This document shows positions 1 to 8,674 of a DNA stretch of 64,000 nucleotides, one piece after another. Origin of the DNA: Candidatus Parcubacteria bacterium (GTDB lineage Bacteria; Patescibacteriota; Saccharimonadia; Saccharimonadales; 2-12-FULL-41-12); contig JAHWKM010000002.1 of the NCBI GenBank assembly GCA_019347895.1, forward strand, positions 8,565-72,564, read 5' to 3'. Every line of letters begins with the position of its first letter. Position 1 is the first letter of the stretch. The notes under the pieces are model-generated. The model ran no database searches and was not told the origin of the DNA. It was given only the letters and a program-made list of their open reading frames with translations. Made by a program: the position numbers and the translations under genes.

Positions 1-277
1 TGGGCACAAAACATACGTCGCAGGTGGTAAGTGCCTCATAAAAAAATAAAGCGCTCGTTGCCTTGCCGAAAATATATGAAGAGGGCAGTATCTCTCCCGG
101 CACGTGGTAAACAACGATCTGCTCGTCTCCTTGGGCGGAAATACTATAGACCCTTACGATACCACCCACTAAAATGCAGGCTGAGCGAGGCACCTCGCCC
201 TGGTAGTATATGGTCGATCCGGCGTAATATTTGCGTTTTATAGAATTTTCTAAAAGCGGCTGCAGATATTGAAGCAT
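1..277 (-). CDS. Crp/Fnr family transcriptional regulator (N-terminal cNMP-binding domain; runs off window start)
   Basis: Manual translation from ATG 277: MLQYLQPLLENSIKRKYYAGSTIYYQGEVPRSACILVGGIVRVYSISAQGDEQIVVYHVPGEILP..., typical cNMP-binding beta-roll pattern. Not in ORF track because partial. Confidence 0.85.
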   Translation of the reverse strand, partial: MLQYLQPLLENSIKRKYYAGSTIYYQGEVPRSACILVGGIVRVYSISAQGDEQIVVYHVPGEILPSSYIFGKATSALFFYEALTTCDVCFVP

Positions 278-345
278 ACGCCTCTTTCTTTAAATTTAAT
301 GGTGATTTAAGCTACCTCTATTTTAGGTTATTAATGGTTTGAGCG

Positions 346-384
346 TGTAATTTATTTTACACCTAGAGTGTAAACATATTTACA
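346..384. promoter_or_regulatory. Two tandem Crp/Fnr-type boxes TGTAA-N6-TTACA
   Basis: tgtaa-tttatt-ttaca (346-361) and tgtaa-acatat-ttaca (369-384), between the divergent Crp/Fnr gene and the + strand operon. Confidence 0.65.
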
Positions 385-440
385 GATTATATATTTTTTC
401 CGTCATATGCTTGAGGTTAGTGAATGAAGGAGGAGGGTCA

Positions 441-578
441 ATGAGCAAACAACCAAGTGATTTAGATAATAGGATAGACAACTTTATGGCGAGAAAAGCT
501 CGTCAGCATCCTGATCTTAGATTAACGATTCGCGAAGAAGATTTAGAAGTTAATAATGTAAGGGGAGCTATAAAATGA
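441..578 (+). CDS. Small hypothetical protein (45 aa)
   Basis: Strong SD (aaggaggagg); MSKQPSDLDNRIDNFMARKARQHPDLRLTIREEDLEVNNVRGAIK; ATGA overlap with next gene. Confidence 0.6.
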   Translation: MSKQPSDLDNRIDNFMARKARQHPDLRLTIREEDLEVNNVRGAIK

Positions 579-835
579 GTATAATTGTGTGGATTATATT
601 CGGCGGTTTAGTCGGATGGATAGCATCAATAATAATGAAAACTAACGCGCAGCAAGGAATAATAGCTAATATCGTAGTAGGTATTGTAGGAGCGCTGTTA
701 GGCGGATTCTTAGCACAGGCTCTCGGTATAGGAGCAGTGACCGGCTTTAATATAATGAGCTTTATTATTGCCCTGATGGGCGCGGTCATTCTCTTGGGTA
801 TAGTCAGAATGTTTACAGGCTCAAGGCAGTTATAA
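575..835 (+). CDS. GlsB/YeaQ/YmgE family (transglycosylase-associated) stress membrane protein
   Basis: WIIFGGLVGWIAS...NIVVGIVGALLGG...ALMGAVILL signature. Confidence 0.92.
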   Translation: MSIIVWIIFGGLVGWIASIIMKTNAQQGIIANIVVGIVGALLGGFLAQALGIGAVTGFNIMSFIIALMGAVILLGIVRMFTGSRQL

Positions 836-952
836 AAAAGCGTTTAGCAAGCGTAATATAGTTAACTGCATCTTATGAATATTTCTTATACACTTGTGTT
901 GTTATGGTGACAGGAGGAGAAAAGCGGCGACAAGAGAACGAACGAGGTAATT

Positions 953-1198
953 ATGAAACGAGAAGTTAAGAGAATCAGCAGAAGCAAAAGGGACAGCCAG
1001 TCGGAATATACGGTAGATGACTCGGTGAGTTTGCAAAGCAGCGAGATAGAAGCCAGCCAGAGTATAATTGACGGGCTAAATGACTTTAGCGACGCCTTAA
1101 CCGCCAGGGATGATTCCTTTCACTGCGACCGCAGAACGATATGGGGCGATAAAATTTCCATACGCCTGGTAAGAAAAACTACTGCCGGTCGAACGTAA
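953..1198 (+). CDS. Hypothetical protein
   Basis: ORF with SD gaggt; no recognisable family. Confidence 0.5.
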   Translation: MKREVKRISRSKRDSQSEYTVDDSVSLQSSEIEASQSIIDGLNDFSDALTARDDSFHCDRRTIWGDKISIRLVRKTTAGRT

Positions 1199-1235
1199 AA
1201 GTCTTAAAAATTATCTTGGCGCGGCAGCCACCAAT

Positions 1236-1811
1236 ATGAGACTTCCATGGCCATCGGATAAAAAACTAAAAAAGATTAATGCTGTCTTGCTGGTTTTAAT
1301 TATTCTGATTAATGGATACGTTATTTTGGTGCCGTTTTGGCCGAATGTGGAATATACCTTCGAGACCAAAATTACCCAACCGGTCAAGGCCGAGTTTGCC
1401 GATATCGACCGTTCCTCAAACCGGTTGATAATTCCCAAGCTCCAGCTGGAAGAAAAAATCCTGGAAAATCGCGATGCCAGCGTACTAGACGATGGGATTT
1501 GGCGCCGGCCAAATGCAAGCACGCCGGATAAGGAGAGTAATACGGTAATTGTCGGACACCGCTTTACATACAACAGCAAACCGCCGTTTTACCACCTGGA
1601 CAAATTAAGCGTGAATGATCAGATCATTGTGGTTTATGATGCTAAATTATATATATACAAGGTTTCGCAGCGGCGAATTACCCATCCCAATGATCAAACC
1701 GTCGAAGCGGCCAGCCAGCAGCCCAGACTGACTGTATACACCTGCGATCCGCTATGGACGGCTGAAAACCGCTTGGTCTATACGTCTGATTTGGAAAGGG
1801 TTATAGAATGA
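1236..1811 (+). CDS. Sortase (class D/E-like)
   Basis: N-terminal TM, NTVIVGHR, LTVYTC and downstream R catalytic triad. Confidence 0.92.
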   Translation: MRLPWPSDKKLKKINAVLLVLIILINGYVILVPFWPNVEYTFETKITQPVKAEFADIDRSSNRLIIPKLQLEEKILENRDASVLDDGIWRRPNASTPDKESNTVIVGHRFTYNSKPPFYHLDKLSVNDQIIVVYDAKLYIYKVSQRRITHPNDQTVEAASQQPRLTVYTCDPLWTAENRLVYTSDLERVIE

Positions 1812-1921
1812 ACCAGCGCAAAAAATTTGTATTATTGATAATAATTTTGATTTTAAGCATCGCCTTATTTATAAATGTAACGAACGAAATTAACCAAAGC
1901 TTCCTGGATCAGTTCAAATAG
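1808..1921 (+). CDS. Small membrane peptide (37 aa)
   Basis: ATGA overlap with sortase stop; MNQRKKFVLLIIILILSIALFINVTNEINQSFLDQFK. Confidence 0.45.
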   Translation: MNQRKKFVLLIIILILSIALFINVTNEINQSFLDQFK

Positions 1922-1923
1922 AC

Positions 1924-2110
1924 TAAAATTAAACCCATGATCACAACCTACGCACTTGAGTGCTCAGTACATTTTCTAAACGAGCAACGGACCAAGTTGT
2001 ACAAAAGGTACTACTTGGGAGTAGCGCAGATTAAAAATGTGCTGGGTGCCAAGAACGCCTTGCAAAGTTGGGCTTTGCTCAACTTGGGAAGGCGTGGTGC
2101 GTAGTTGTGA
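1924..2110 (+). promoter_or_regulatory. Structured leader (family L) with 55-aa uORF (1937-2104) upstream of dapB
   Basis: TAAAAT-7nt-ATG; outer stem tcacaacctacgcac/gtgcgtagttgtga; similar to 18340-18490, 58112-58190, 63882-64000. Confidence 0.7.
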
Positions 2111-2781
2111 AGATCAAAATTGGTTTGCTTGGAGCTGGCAGGACGGGCGGAAGAGTTATTGATATTTACGGCGCGGAAAATATCACGGCATACGACGAAA
2201 ACAACCCGCCGACACTGGAGTCACTCAAACAAAACGACGCGCTGATTTCTTTTTTACCGGGTCCGGCTGTGCTGGAATATATAGATATGATTATGGAATC
2301 CAAAGTTCCGCTGGCTAGCGGCAGCACTGGATTTGAATGGCCCGATGATACAGACTTCAGACTAAAAGAAATAGGCATTGCCTGGATAACGGCCTCAAAT
2401 TTCAGTTTGGGCATGAACTTGGTACGCGGCATGATAAATGTGCTGGGCAAAGCATCTGAGCTTTTTGACGATTACCAGTTTAAACTGCACGAAATTCACC
2501 ATATACACAAAAAAGACCATCCCAGCGGCACTGCGCTGTCCTGGGAGAAATGGCTAGGCCAGCCGGTGCAGTTCAGCCACGAGAGGGAGGGCGACAACCC
2601 GGGCGACCACAAATTGACCCTATCTACAGAGTACGAAGACATAACGATCCAGCACCAGGCCAAAGACAGGAAAGTCTTTGCTCAGGGTGCCCTCTGGACC
2701 GCCGAAAAACTAGCCCGCGGCGAAGTGCCACCCGGCCTCCACCACCTAAGCGACATAATGCAAAAAGAACTAGACTTATAA
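2107..2781 (+). CDS. dapB: 4-hydroxy-tetrahydrodipicolinate reductase
   Basis: GLLGAGRTG NAD-binding motif, SGSTG, ASNFSLG, EIHHIHKKDHPSGTA; GTG start at 2107 preferred. Confidence 0.93.
   Translation: MKIKIGLLGAGRTGGRVIDIYGAENITAYDENNPPTLESLKQNDALISFLPGPAVLEYIDMIMESKVPLASGSTGFEWPDDTDFRLKEIGIAWITASNFSLGMNLVRGMINVLGKASELFDDYQFKLHEIHHIHKKDHPSGTALSWEKWLGQPVQFSHEREGDNPGDHKLTLSTEYEDITIQHQAKDRKVFAQGALWTAEKLARGEVPPGLHHLSDIMQKELDL
2702..2781 (+). repeat. Direct repeat copy 1 (dapB 3' end)
   Basis: Matches 6534-6611; 37-bp identical core gcctccaccacctaagcgacataatgcaaaaagaact. Confidence 0.9.
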
Positions 2782-2809
2782 TTTTTAAAAATTTTTCTAT
2801 AAAAAAGAT

Positions 2810-3781
2810 ATGAAGTTTATTAGTCTTACCGATCCAACAGATATAGTCTCCTTTGAGCAAGCTCTGACGCGAGGTATAGCACTCAATAGCGGGTTGTATC
2901 TTCCAGAGCATGTCCCCAGGCTAACGGAACAGCAAATTAATAGTATGGTTGGAGCTGGACGTCAGGAAATCGCCCGTACTATGTTGTCACCGTGGCTGCA
3001 GGATGAAATTCCGCCAGATGACCTTGATGGGATAATCGCCGAAGCTTCAACTTTCGACACGCCTGTTATACAAGTTGGGGATAAACAAGTATTGGAATTG
3101 TTCCGCGGCCCTACTATGGCCTTTAAGGACATAGCTGCCCGCTATCTGGCGGCCCTAATAAGTTATTTCAATCGTAAGGCCGACCGGCATTCTACCGTAT
3201 TGGTTGCTACCAGCGGTGATACAGGAGGCGCTATTGCTCACGGTTTTGGTGATGTCGAGCGCGTGCGAGTGGTAGTACTTTATCCGAAAGACCGCGTTAG
3301 CAAACTACAAAAAGAACAGCTGAGACGGGTAGCAGACAACGTCTGGACACTGGAAATCGAAGGTAGTTTTGATGATTGCCAGCAAATGGTAAAGCAGGCG
3401 CTCGGGGATCAAGAGCTGTCAGCTAATCTCCATCTTACATCAGCCAATTCTATAAGTATGGGCCGCCTGTTACCTCAGATGATATATTACGCTTACGCGT
3501 ATGGCCAAATAAACGACAGAGCGATTCGTTTCGTAGTGCCCAGCGGTAATTTAGGCAATCTTACCGGTTGTGTTCTGGCCCGCGCTATGGGTGTGCCTAT
3601 TGATAGTTTCCTGGCTGCCAACAATGCCAACGATGCTCTTTACCGATATCTCATGAGCGGAAAATACGAACCTCGTGAGACGATCCAAACCCTTTCAAGT
3701 GCCATGGACATTGGCGCACCGAACAACTTAACACGACTCATAAAATTATTCCGTTATTTGACAAGAATTACTTTTATGTGA
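2810..3781 (+). pseudogene. thrC: Threonine synthase, C-terminally truncated
   Basis: LELFRGPTMAFKD, ATSGDTG, SANSIS, VPSGNLGN; similarity ends after AMDIGAPNNLTRL, roughly 100 aa short of typical ThrC. Confidence 0.8.
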
Positions 3782-3787
3782 TATAAT
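3758..3787 (+). promoter_or_regulatory. Consensus sigma70 promoter at the thrC break
   Basis: TTGACA-18nt-TATAAT with extended -10 TG; ATG at 3796 opens only a 15-aa stub. Confidence 0.6.
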
Positions 3788-3839
3788 TAGAAATTATGCT
3801 TGCATCACCTCTTGAAATCAATGCGGGATCCGCTTCCAG

Positions 3840-4961
3840 CTAATTAAAACCCTCAAGGAAATTAGTAATGTCAGCGCGTTGTAGGTCTATGTTTTCGAGG
3901 CCGGAGTGGAAGCGGATTATTGTATTTTGGGGTGGGGAAAAGCGATTGCTCAGTTCTTCGGGCTGAAAGGGGAGAATCAGGCTTCGCGTGCCGCCCCAGG
4001 ATTTGCCAATTTTAAATGTTTCCATTGTCTTGAAGGCTTTGTCCAGTTCTGCGTCGTTGTAACGGCGATCAAGCTCGATACTAAATAAGCCGTTAGATCC
4101 GCTAAGACTGCCGTTAATTTTTGAGCCGGCACGATAAATCTTTGAAATTTTAGGGTGGTTAGCTATGACCCGCGTCAGTTGATCGGCTTTGGCGCCATGT
4201 GCCGCCATTCGCACATTCAAACTTTCCAGTCCGCGGCTAACTAGCATAGCTGAAAATGGTGATACGCCGTAGCCAAAAACACGGTGGTAATAACTAAATC
4301 GCTTGAACAATTCAAGATTTTTGCAAGTCAGTGAACCCATGAAAACATCACTGTAGCCGGCCGGATACTTGGTCAGGCCTAGAATACTAATATCAATCCC
4401 ATGGGCAAGGGGTTGATACAATATTCCAGAGGCCCAGGTATTATCGGCTGAAGTCAAAATATCTTTGGCTTTAGCCAGTTTGACAAGTCCGTCAACATCA
4501 GTTTCTTCAAACGTAACTGAAACCGGTGTTTCTATGTGAATCAGCTTCGTTTCAGCTTTTATCAGAGAGGCTACGGAGTTAATTGAAGTCGGATCATAAT
4601 AATCGCAGCTAATGCCGTAATGCTTATGCATAAAATCGGCATAGCGACGCGTCGGACCATACACGCTGTCGGGCAAAAGCCAGTGATCGCCGGAACTAAG
4701 CAACGCTCCCACAGAAGTTAGCGCACTTAGTCCGCTCGGAAATAATAACGTATGAGTACCGTTCTCCAGCTCGGATACTGAATCCTGAAGCTTTTGGATC
4801 GTAGGATTACCTTGCAAGCCATACCCATTATCAACGTTTTCAACTGTCTGCCCAGGTAGTACGCGTTGGCCCTGGCCGGCAATCCGATAATCCGCCAAAC
4901 TGTCAAAATGCAGACTACTGCTCATATGTATTGAACGTGTAATACCTTCATTTTCATCCAT
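3840..4961 (-). CDS. metC: Cys/Met metabolism PLP enzyme, cystathionine beta-lyase-like
   Basis: YGLQGNPT, PSGLSA, ADNTWASG, LTKYPAGYSDVFMG, KIGKSWGG; alternative start 4925. Confidence 0.8.
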   Translation of the reverse strand: MDENEGITRSIHMSSSLHFDSLADYRIAGQGQRVLPGQTVENVDNGYGLQGNPTIQKLQDSVSELENGTHTLLFPSGLSALTSVGALLSSGDHWLLPDSVYGPTRRYADFMHKHYGISCDYYDPTSINSVASLIKAETKLIHIETPVSVTFEETDVDGLVKLAKAKDILTSADNTWASGILYQPLAHGIDISILGLTKYPAGYSDVFMGSLTCKNLELFKRFSYYHRVFGYGVSPFSAMLVSRGLESLNVRMAAHGAKADQLTRVIANHPKISKIYRAGSKINGSLSGSNGLFSIELDRRYNDAELDKAFKTMETFKIGKSWGGTRSLILPFQPEELSNRFSPPQNTIIRFHSGLENIDLQRADITNFLEGFN

Positions 4962-5146
4962 AAGCTTTAGCCTACCATAAGGATTAGATTACCTCTAGCT
5001 TAAATCGCATCGGTAATATACTAATGGTTTTTGTTTCTTACTTATCAATTGCTTACCTGTACCTAAGTAGTACCCTTTAATAAAGAATACAGCAAAAGCG
5101 GTAGACATTAGCCAAATATGCTATTATTGATTAATTAACAATTTAT

Positions 5147-5300
5147 AAATATTAAGAGCGCAGCGAGAGAACTAGCTCGAGGACCTGCCAGCAACCTGTT
5201 TCTATAATGAGATGGTGGTGCTCCGTCTAGTCCCGTACAAGGGAAAGATATTGTAATAATTTTACGATCCTTTCTCTATTATCCGGGGAAGGATATTTTT
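5147..5300 (+). ncRNA. SAM-I-family riboswitch with terminator/SD-sequestering hairpin
   Basis: attaagag...gagagaactagctcg-a-gacc..cagcaacc...ggtgct...gaaagatatt follows SAM-I core order; hairpin atcctttctc/ggggaaggat + T run; directly upstream of metB-like gene. Confidence 0.8.
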
Positions 5301-6481
5301 ATGTCGAAACAGCAAGATAATGAGTTAGGGATCGGAACCAGACTAGTTCACGGGGGGCAACCGGCAGATCCCATCACTGGTGCAGTTGCACCGGTATTGA
5401 TCCGTAGCAAAACTTTTCAACAGCCGACTTTTGGTGTTGAGTCAAAATGGCAATACTCCAGAGGTAAGAATCCTACCCGTAGTATCCTGGAACGTCGGCT
5501 TGAAAGCCTGGCAGGAGACGGAAAAGCCACTGTATTCGGATCTGGCGATGCCGCTACCACTATGTTCCTCCTTACCCTCAAACCCGGTGATCATTTAATC
5601 TGTTGCCGCGAGTTATATGGGGGTACCATTCGTTTGCTGAATCAGCTTTTCGCGGACTTCGGAATCCGGGCTTCATATGTTGACATTGAGGATATCGAAG
5701 CCGTAAAAAAAGTGCAAACTCCCGAAACGGTAGCAATCTGGACGGAAAGTCCTACTAATCCAAAGCTGGGTGTTATTGACTTGACTAAAGTCGGCAATAT
5801 CGCCCGTAAGCTGAGACTTAGATTTATTGTTGATCTGACATTTGCCCCCCCTGTACGACGGACCCGTTCGAATACGGAGCTGAAACGGTTGTCTATAGCC
5901 TGAGTAAGTATTTCGCTGGGCACAATGATGTCATCGGAGGAGCAATCATAACCAAAAATCAGTCGTTGTACGACAGGCTATGTTGGTTGCAATGGTCGGT
6001 TGGAGCAGTGTTATCACCAGATGAGTGCTACCGTGCCATACAAGAACTTAAAACCCTGGAGCTGCGATGGAAACGAACCAGCGAATCTGCCCAAGCAATA
6101 GCCGAACATTTGAATATTCATGATCAGATTCAGGCCGTTTATTACCCGGGCCTACCCGGCCATACAGGCCATGACGTCGTCAAGAAACAAATGAAAAATG
6201 GTTTTGGCAGTGTTCTGGCCTTTGACCTTATGTCCGTTGATACAAGCTTAATGGCAAAATTTGTATCTAGTCTCCAAGAAAGCCAGTTAGTCGTATTCGG
6301 CGAAAGCTTAGGGAGTCCCGAAACTATACTTGCCCATCCGGTCACCATGGGTCACCGAAGCCTAACTCAGGCACATCTGGATGAGCTAAAAATAGGTAAT
6401 AATCTCTTTAGGCTTAGTGTGGGTTTTGAGGAACCCGCAGATATTATTCGCGTGCTTGATCAAGCATTAGATATTTTTTAG
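5301..6481 (+). pseudogene. metB: Cystathionine gamma-synthase/lyase split by a 1-nt frameshift in a C7 run (5845-5851)
   Basis: YSRGKNPTR, ESPTNPKL; one extra C restores TFAPPCTTDPFEYGAETVVYSLSKYFAGHNDVIGG and joins ORF 5966-6481 (GESLGSPET, RLSVGFEE). Confidence 0.85.
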
Positions 6482-6533
6482 CTATATGCGGGCGTCTAAA
6501 TTTTAAAAGATTGTTCCTCTCCTATGAGTATCT

Positions 6534-6611
6534 CCGAAAAAACTGGCCGCGGCGAAGTAAGACCGCCTCCACCACCTAAGCGACATAATGCAAAAAGAAC
6601 TCGGTTTATAA
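6534..6611 (+). repeat. Direct repeat copy 2 (degenerate dapB 3' end)
   Basis: Homologous to 2702-2781 with indels. Confidence 0.9.
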
Positions 6612-6620
6612 AACTTTTTA

Positions 6621-7180
6621 AATAAGCCATTTCAACCGGACATTCCATGTCCGCTCAACCAATATTTTTGAGTCAGCAAAAATATTGGATAAAAACTGAC
6701 AGGCGGCTTCCAGTTCTTGAGGAGTTCATTGTCAAAGGTCACAATGCTCGGAAAACTCAGCTTGCCCTTTATTAATTTTTAGCCTCGGCAAGCTTCAGAC
6801 ACTTCCTCGCGAGAAATTGTGCTTTTGACATTCACTCATCAGGAACTTCCAGAGCCTGAACAAAAGCTGAATCGAAAAGGCTTGCTTTTCGATAATCAAG
6901 ATTTGAGAAATTCAAGAATTTCTCATCCTATTTTGGCCAGCATTGATAAAACCGATTGAGGCGAATCAGCTTGGCTCGAATGGCTGATGCGAAACTAAGT
7001 CCTGTTCGCTCCTTGGATAAAATAGAACAGGACCGACCGAAGGGAGTCTTTCGCATCACGAGACAAGGTGGTATTTCGATTCAGTCGTGTTTTAGCACTT
7101 GCTGTCTGCTTTTTCGGTTCCTTTTTTTAGACAAAAAAGGAAATCGCTTGGAGCCATGAAAGGGCTGCGAAATGGCTTTT
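6621..7180 (+). repeat. Structured A+B repeat, empty form
   Basis: Module A about 6650-6892, module B about 6905-7145; terminal IR aagccatttc/gaaatggctt; similar to 22120-22410, 25950-26347, 50225-50475, 53155-53712. Confidence 0.85.
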
Positions 7181-7247
7181 TAATATTTAGTTTGCAATAT
7201 CGTAATATTTTTGTTTTCATATAAAATAAATAGAGAGGAGTCAAAAC

Positions 7248-7733
7248 ATGAGCGAGCTAGCTGGATGTGCTGAATTTTCACGCGAGGGCGCTCCCAAGCT
7301 GATAAGCCACACTGCATTTTTTAACATGCGTTTCGCAGATTTAGAAGGTGATTTTGATGCTGCTGTTGCGTCTATAGAAACGGCAGAGGAGGCTTTACTT
7401 TTTTCTGCAGGGCTAGCTAAATTAGAAGAAATGTACGAACGTACCGACTCACAAAATTCCGGCCGTTGCGCTCTAGATATTATAGATGCTAGCCTTGAAA
7501 GGCAACTCGGTCCGGGTGTTTCTAATATAAAAGATATGTGGCGTGGCGCCCTTAGTCATGTGATATTTGGCAAAGAAACTCCCGGTATATGGCAATACCT
7601 TGTTGATGGGACGGATTTTGAAGCAGTAGGCTTAGATGAAACAATTGATTTTTCAAAGCAGGAATATGAGGAGGCAGGCACAGCGTTCAAAAGCGCCAAC
7701 AAAAGATTAGCCGAAGTTTCCGATAGTTTGTAA
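7248..7733 (+). CDS. Hypothetical acidic protein
   Basis: SD gaggag, 161 aa, no family recognised. Confidence 0.7.
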   Translation: MSELAGCAEFSREGAPKLISHTAFFNMRFADLEGDFDAAVASIETAEEALLFSAGLAKLEEMYERTDSQNSGRCALDIIDASLERQLGPGVSNIKDMWRGALSHVIFGKETPGIWQYLVDGTDFEAVGLDETIDFSKQEYEEAGTAFKSANKRLAEVSDSL

Positions 7734-7789
7734 TTTTAACTAACTAACTAACCTTTATTTAATCGATCCTAGCCAATACAATTAACTCT

Positions 7790-8674
7790 ATGAATAAAAA
7801 TATTGATGATTATATAGTTTGGACGGCGGTGGTTACGCCGATGAATGATGGCGGCAGTATTGACTGGGAAAGTTTCGAGAAGCTACTAAAAACCCAAGAG
7901 ACGGCCGGCAATGCTATTACCATTCTTGGCAGCACAGGCGAAGCGCTTAATCTAGACTTAGACGAGAGAAAAGCCATATTGGACTTCGCTACTAATTTAA
8001 ACCTCAAGGTTCCAATGATGGCAGGTGTAGGCGGTATAAACCTGAACGAACAATCGGCTTGGATCAAGCATTTAAATACCTTAAATATTGATGCTTATCT
8101 TTTGGTGGTTCCTCTTTATTCTAAGCCGGGCGTTCATGGCCAGTACGGCTGGTTTAAGCAGCTTATGGATTTGAGCCAGAAACCCTGCGTGCTGTATAAC
8201 GTGCCGGGTCGAACGGCTAAAATTTTAGAATATGAAACACTTAAAATGCTAAGCAATCATCCCAAATTTTGGGCTATAAAAGAAGCTAGCGGCTCGGTGG
8301 AAGAATTTAAAAAATACGCTGAGACCGCGCCGAATGCGCATATGATGAGCGGCGACGATGCCATGCTTCCGGCTTTCGCCCCGCTCGGCGCTAAAGGCGT
8401 TGTTTCAGTTTTGAGTAATGTCTGGCCCGAAGCCACGCATGAATACGCCCGGCAATGCGTTGAAGGGACATTCAAAGACAAAGACGTCTGGGAGAGGGCA
8501 GTTAGTGCGCTGTTTTGCGCCAGCAACCCCATACCCGCCAAAGCAGCGCTTTATGACCAAGGAAAAATCAAATCGCCAACTTTGCGGCTGCCGTTGAGCA
8601 TAAAAGACATGCCGGATATTGAGATTGTCCGAAATGCCGACAAGGAAATTAACGCCTGGTTAAGTCAAAGCTAA
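7790..8674 (+). CDS. dapA: 4-hydroxy-tetrahydrodipicolinate synthase
   Basis: TAVVTPM, GSTGEA, LYNVPGRT, AIKEASG, SGDD, SNPIPAK. Confidence 0.95.
   Translation: MNKNIDDYIVWTAVVTPMNDGGSIDWESFEKLLKTQETAGNAITILGSTGEALNLDLDERKAILDFATNLNLKVPMMAGVGGINLNEQSAWIKHLNTLNIDAYLLVVPLYSKPGVHGQYGWFKQLMDLSQKPCVLYNVPGRTAKILEYETLKMLSNHPKFWAIKEASGSVEEFKKYAETAPNAHMMSGDDAMLPAFAPLGAKGVVSVLSNVWPEATHEYARQCVEGTFKDKDVWERAVSALFCASNPIPAKAALYDQGKIKSPTLRLPLSIKDMPDIEIVRNADKEINAWLSQS

Larger units (their letters stand above)
2782..6533. mobile_element. Thr/Met biosynthesis islet inserted at dapB 3' end
   Basis: Bounded by direct repeats of the dapB 3' end; carries thrC', metC-like, SAM riboswitch, metB-like; no integrase seen. 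Confidence 0.7.

Noticed and set aside
6956..7159. Conserved small protein (also 22100-22357)
   Set aside because: Lies wholly within repeat module B; the frame is not kept in the 53419-53712 copy; TTG start without SD.
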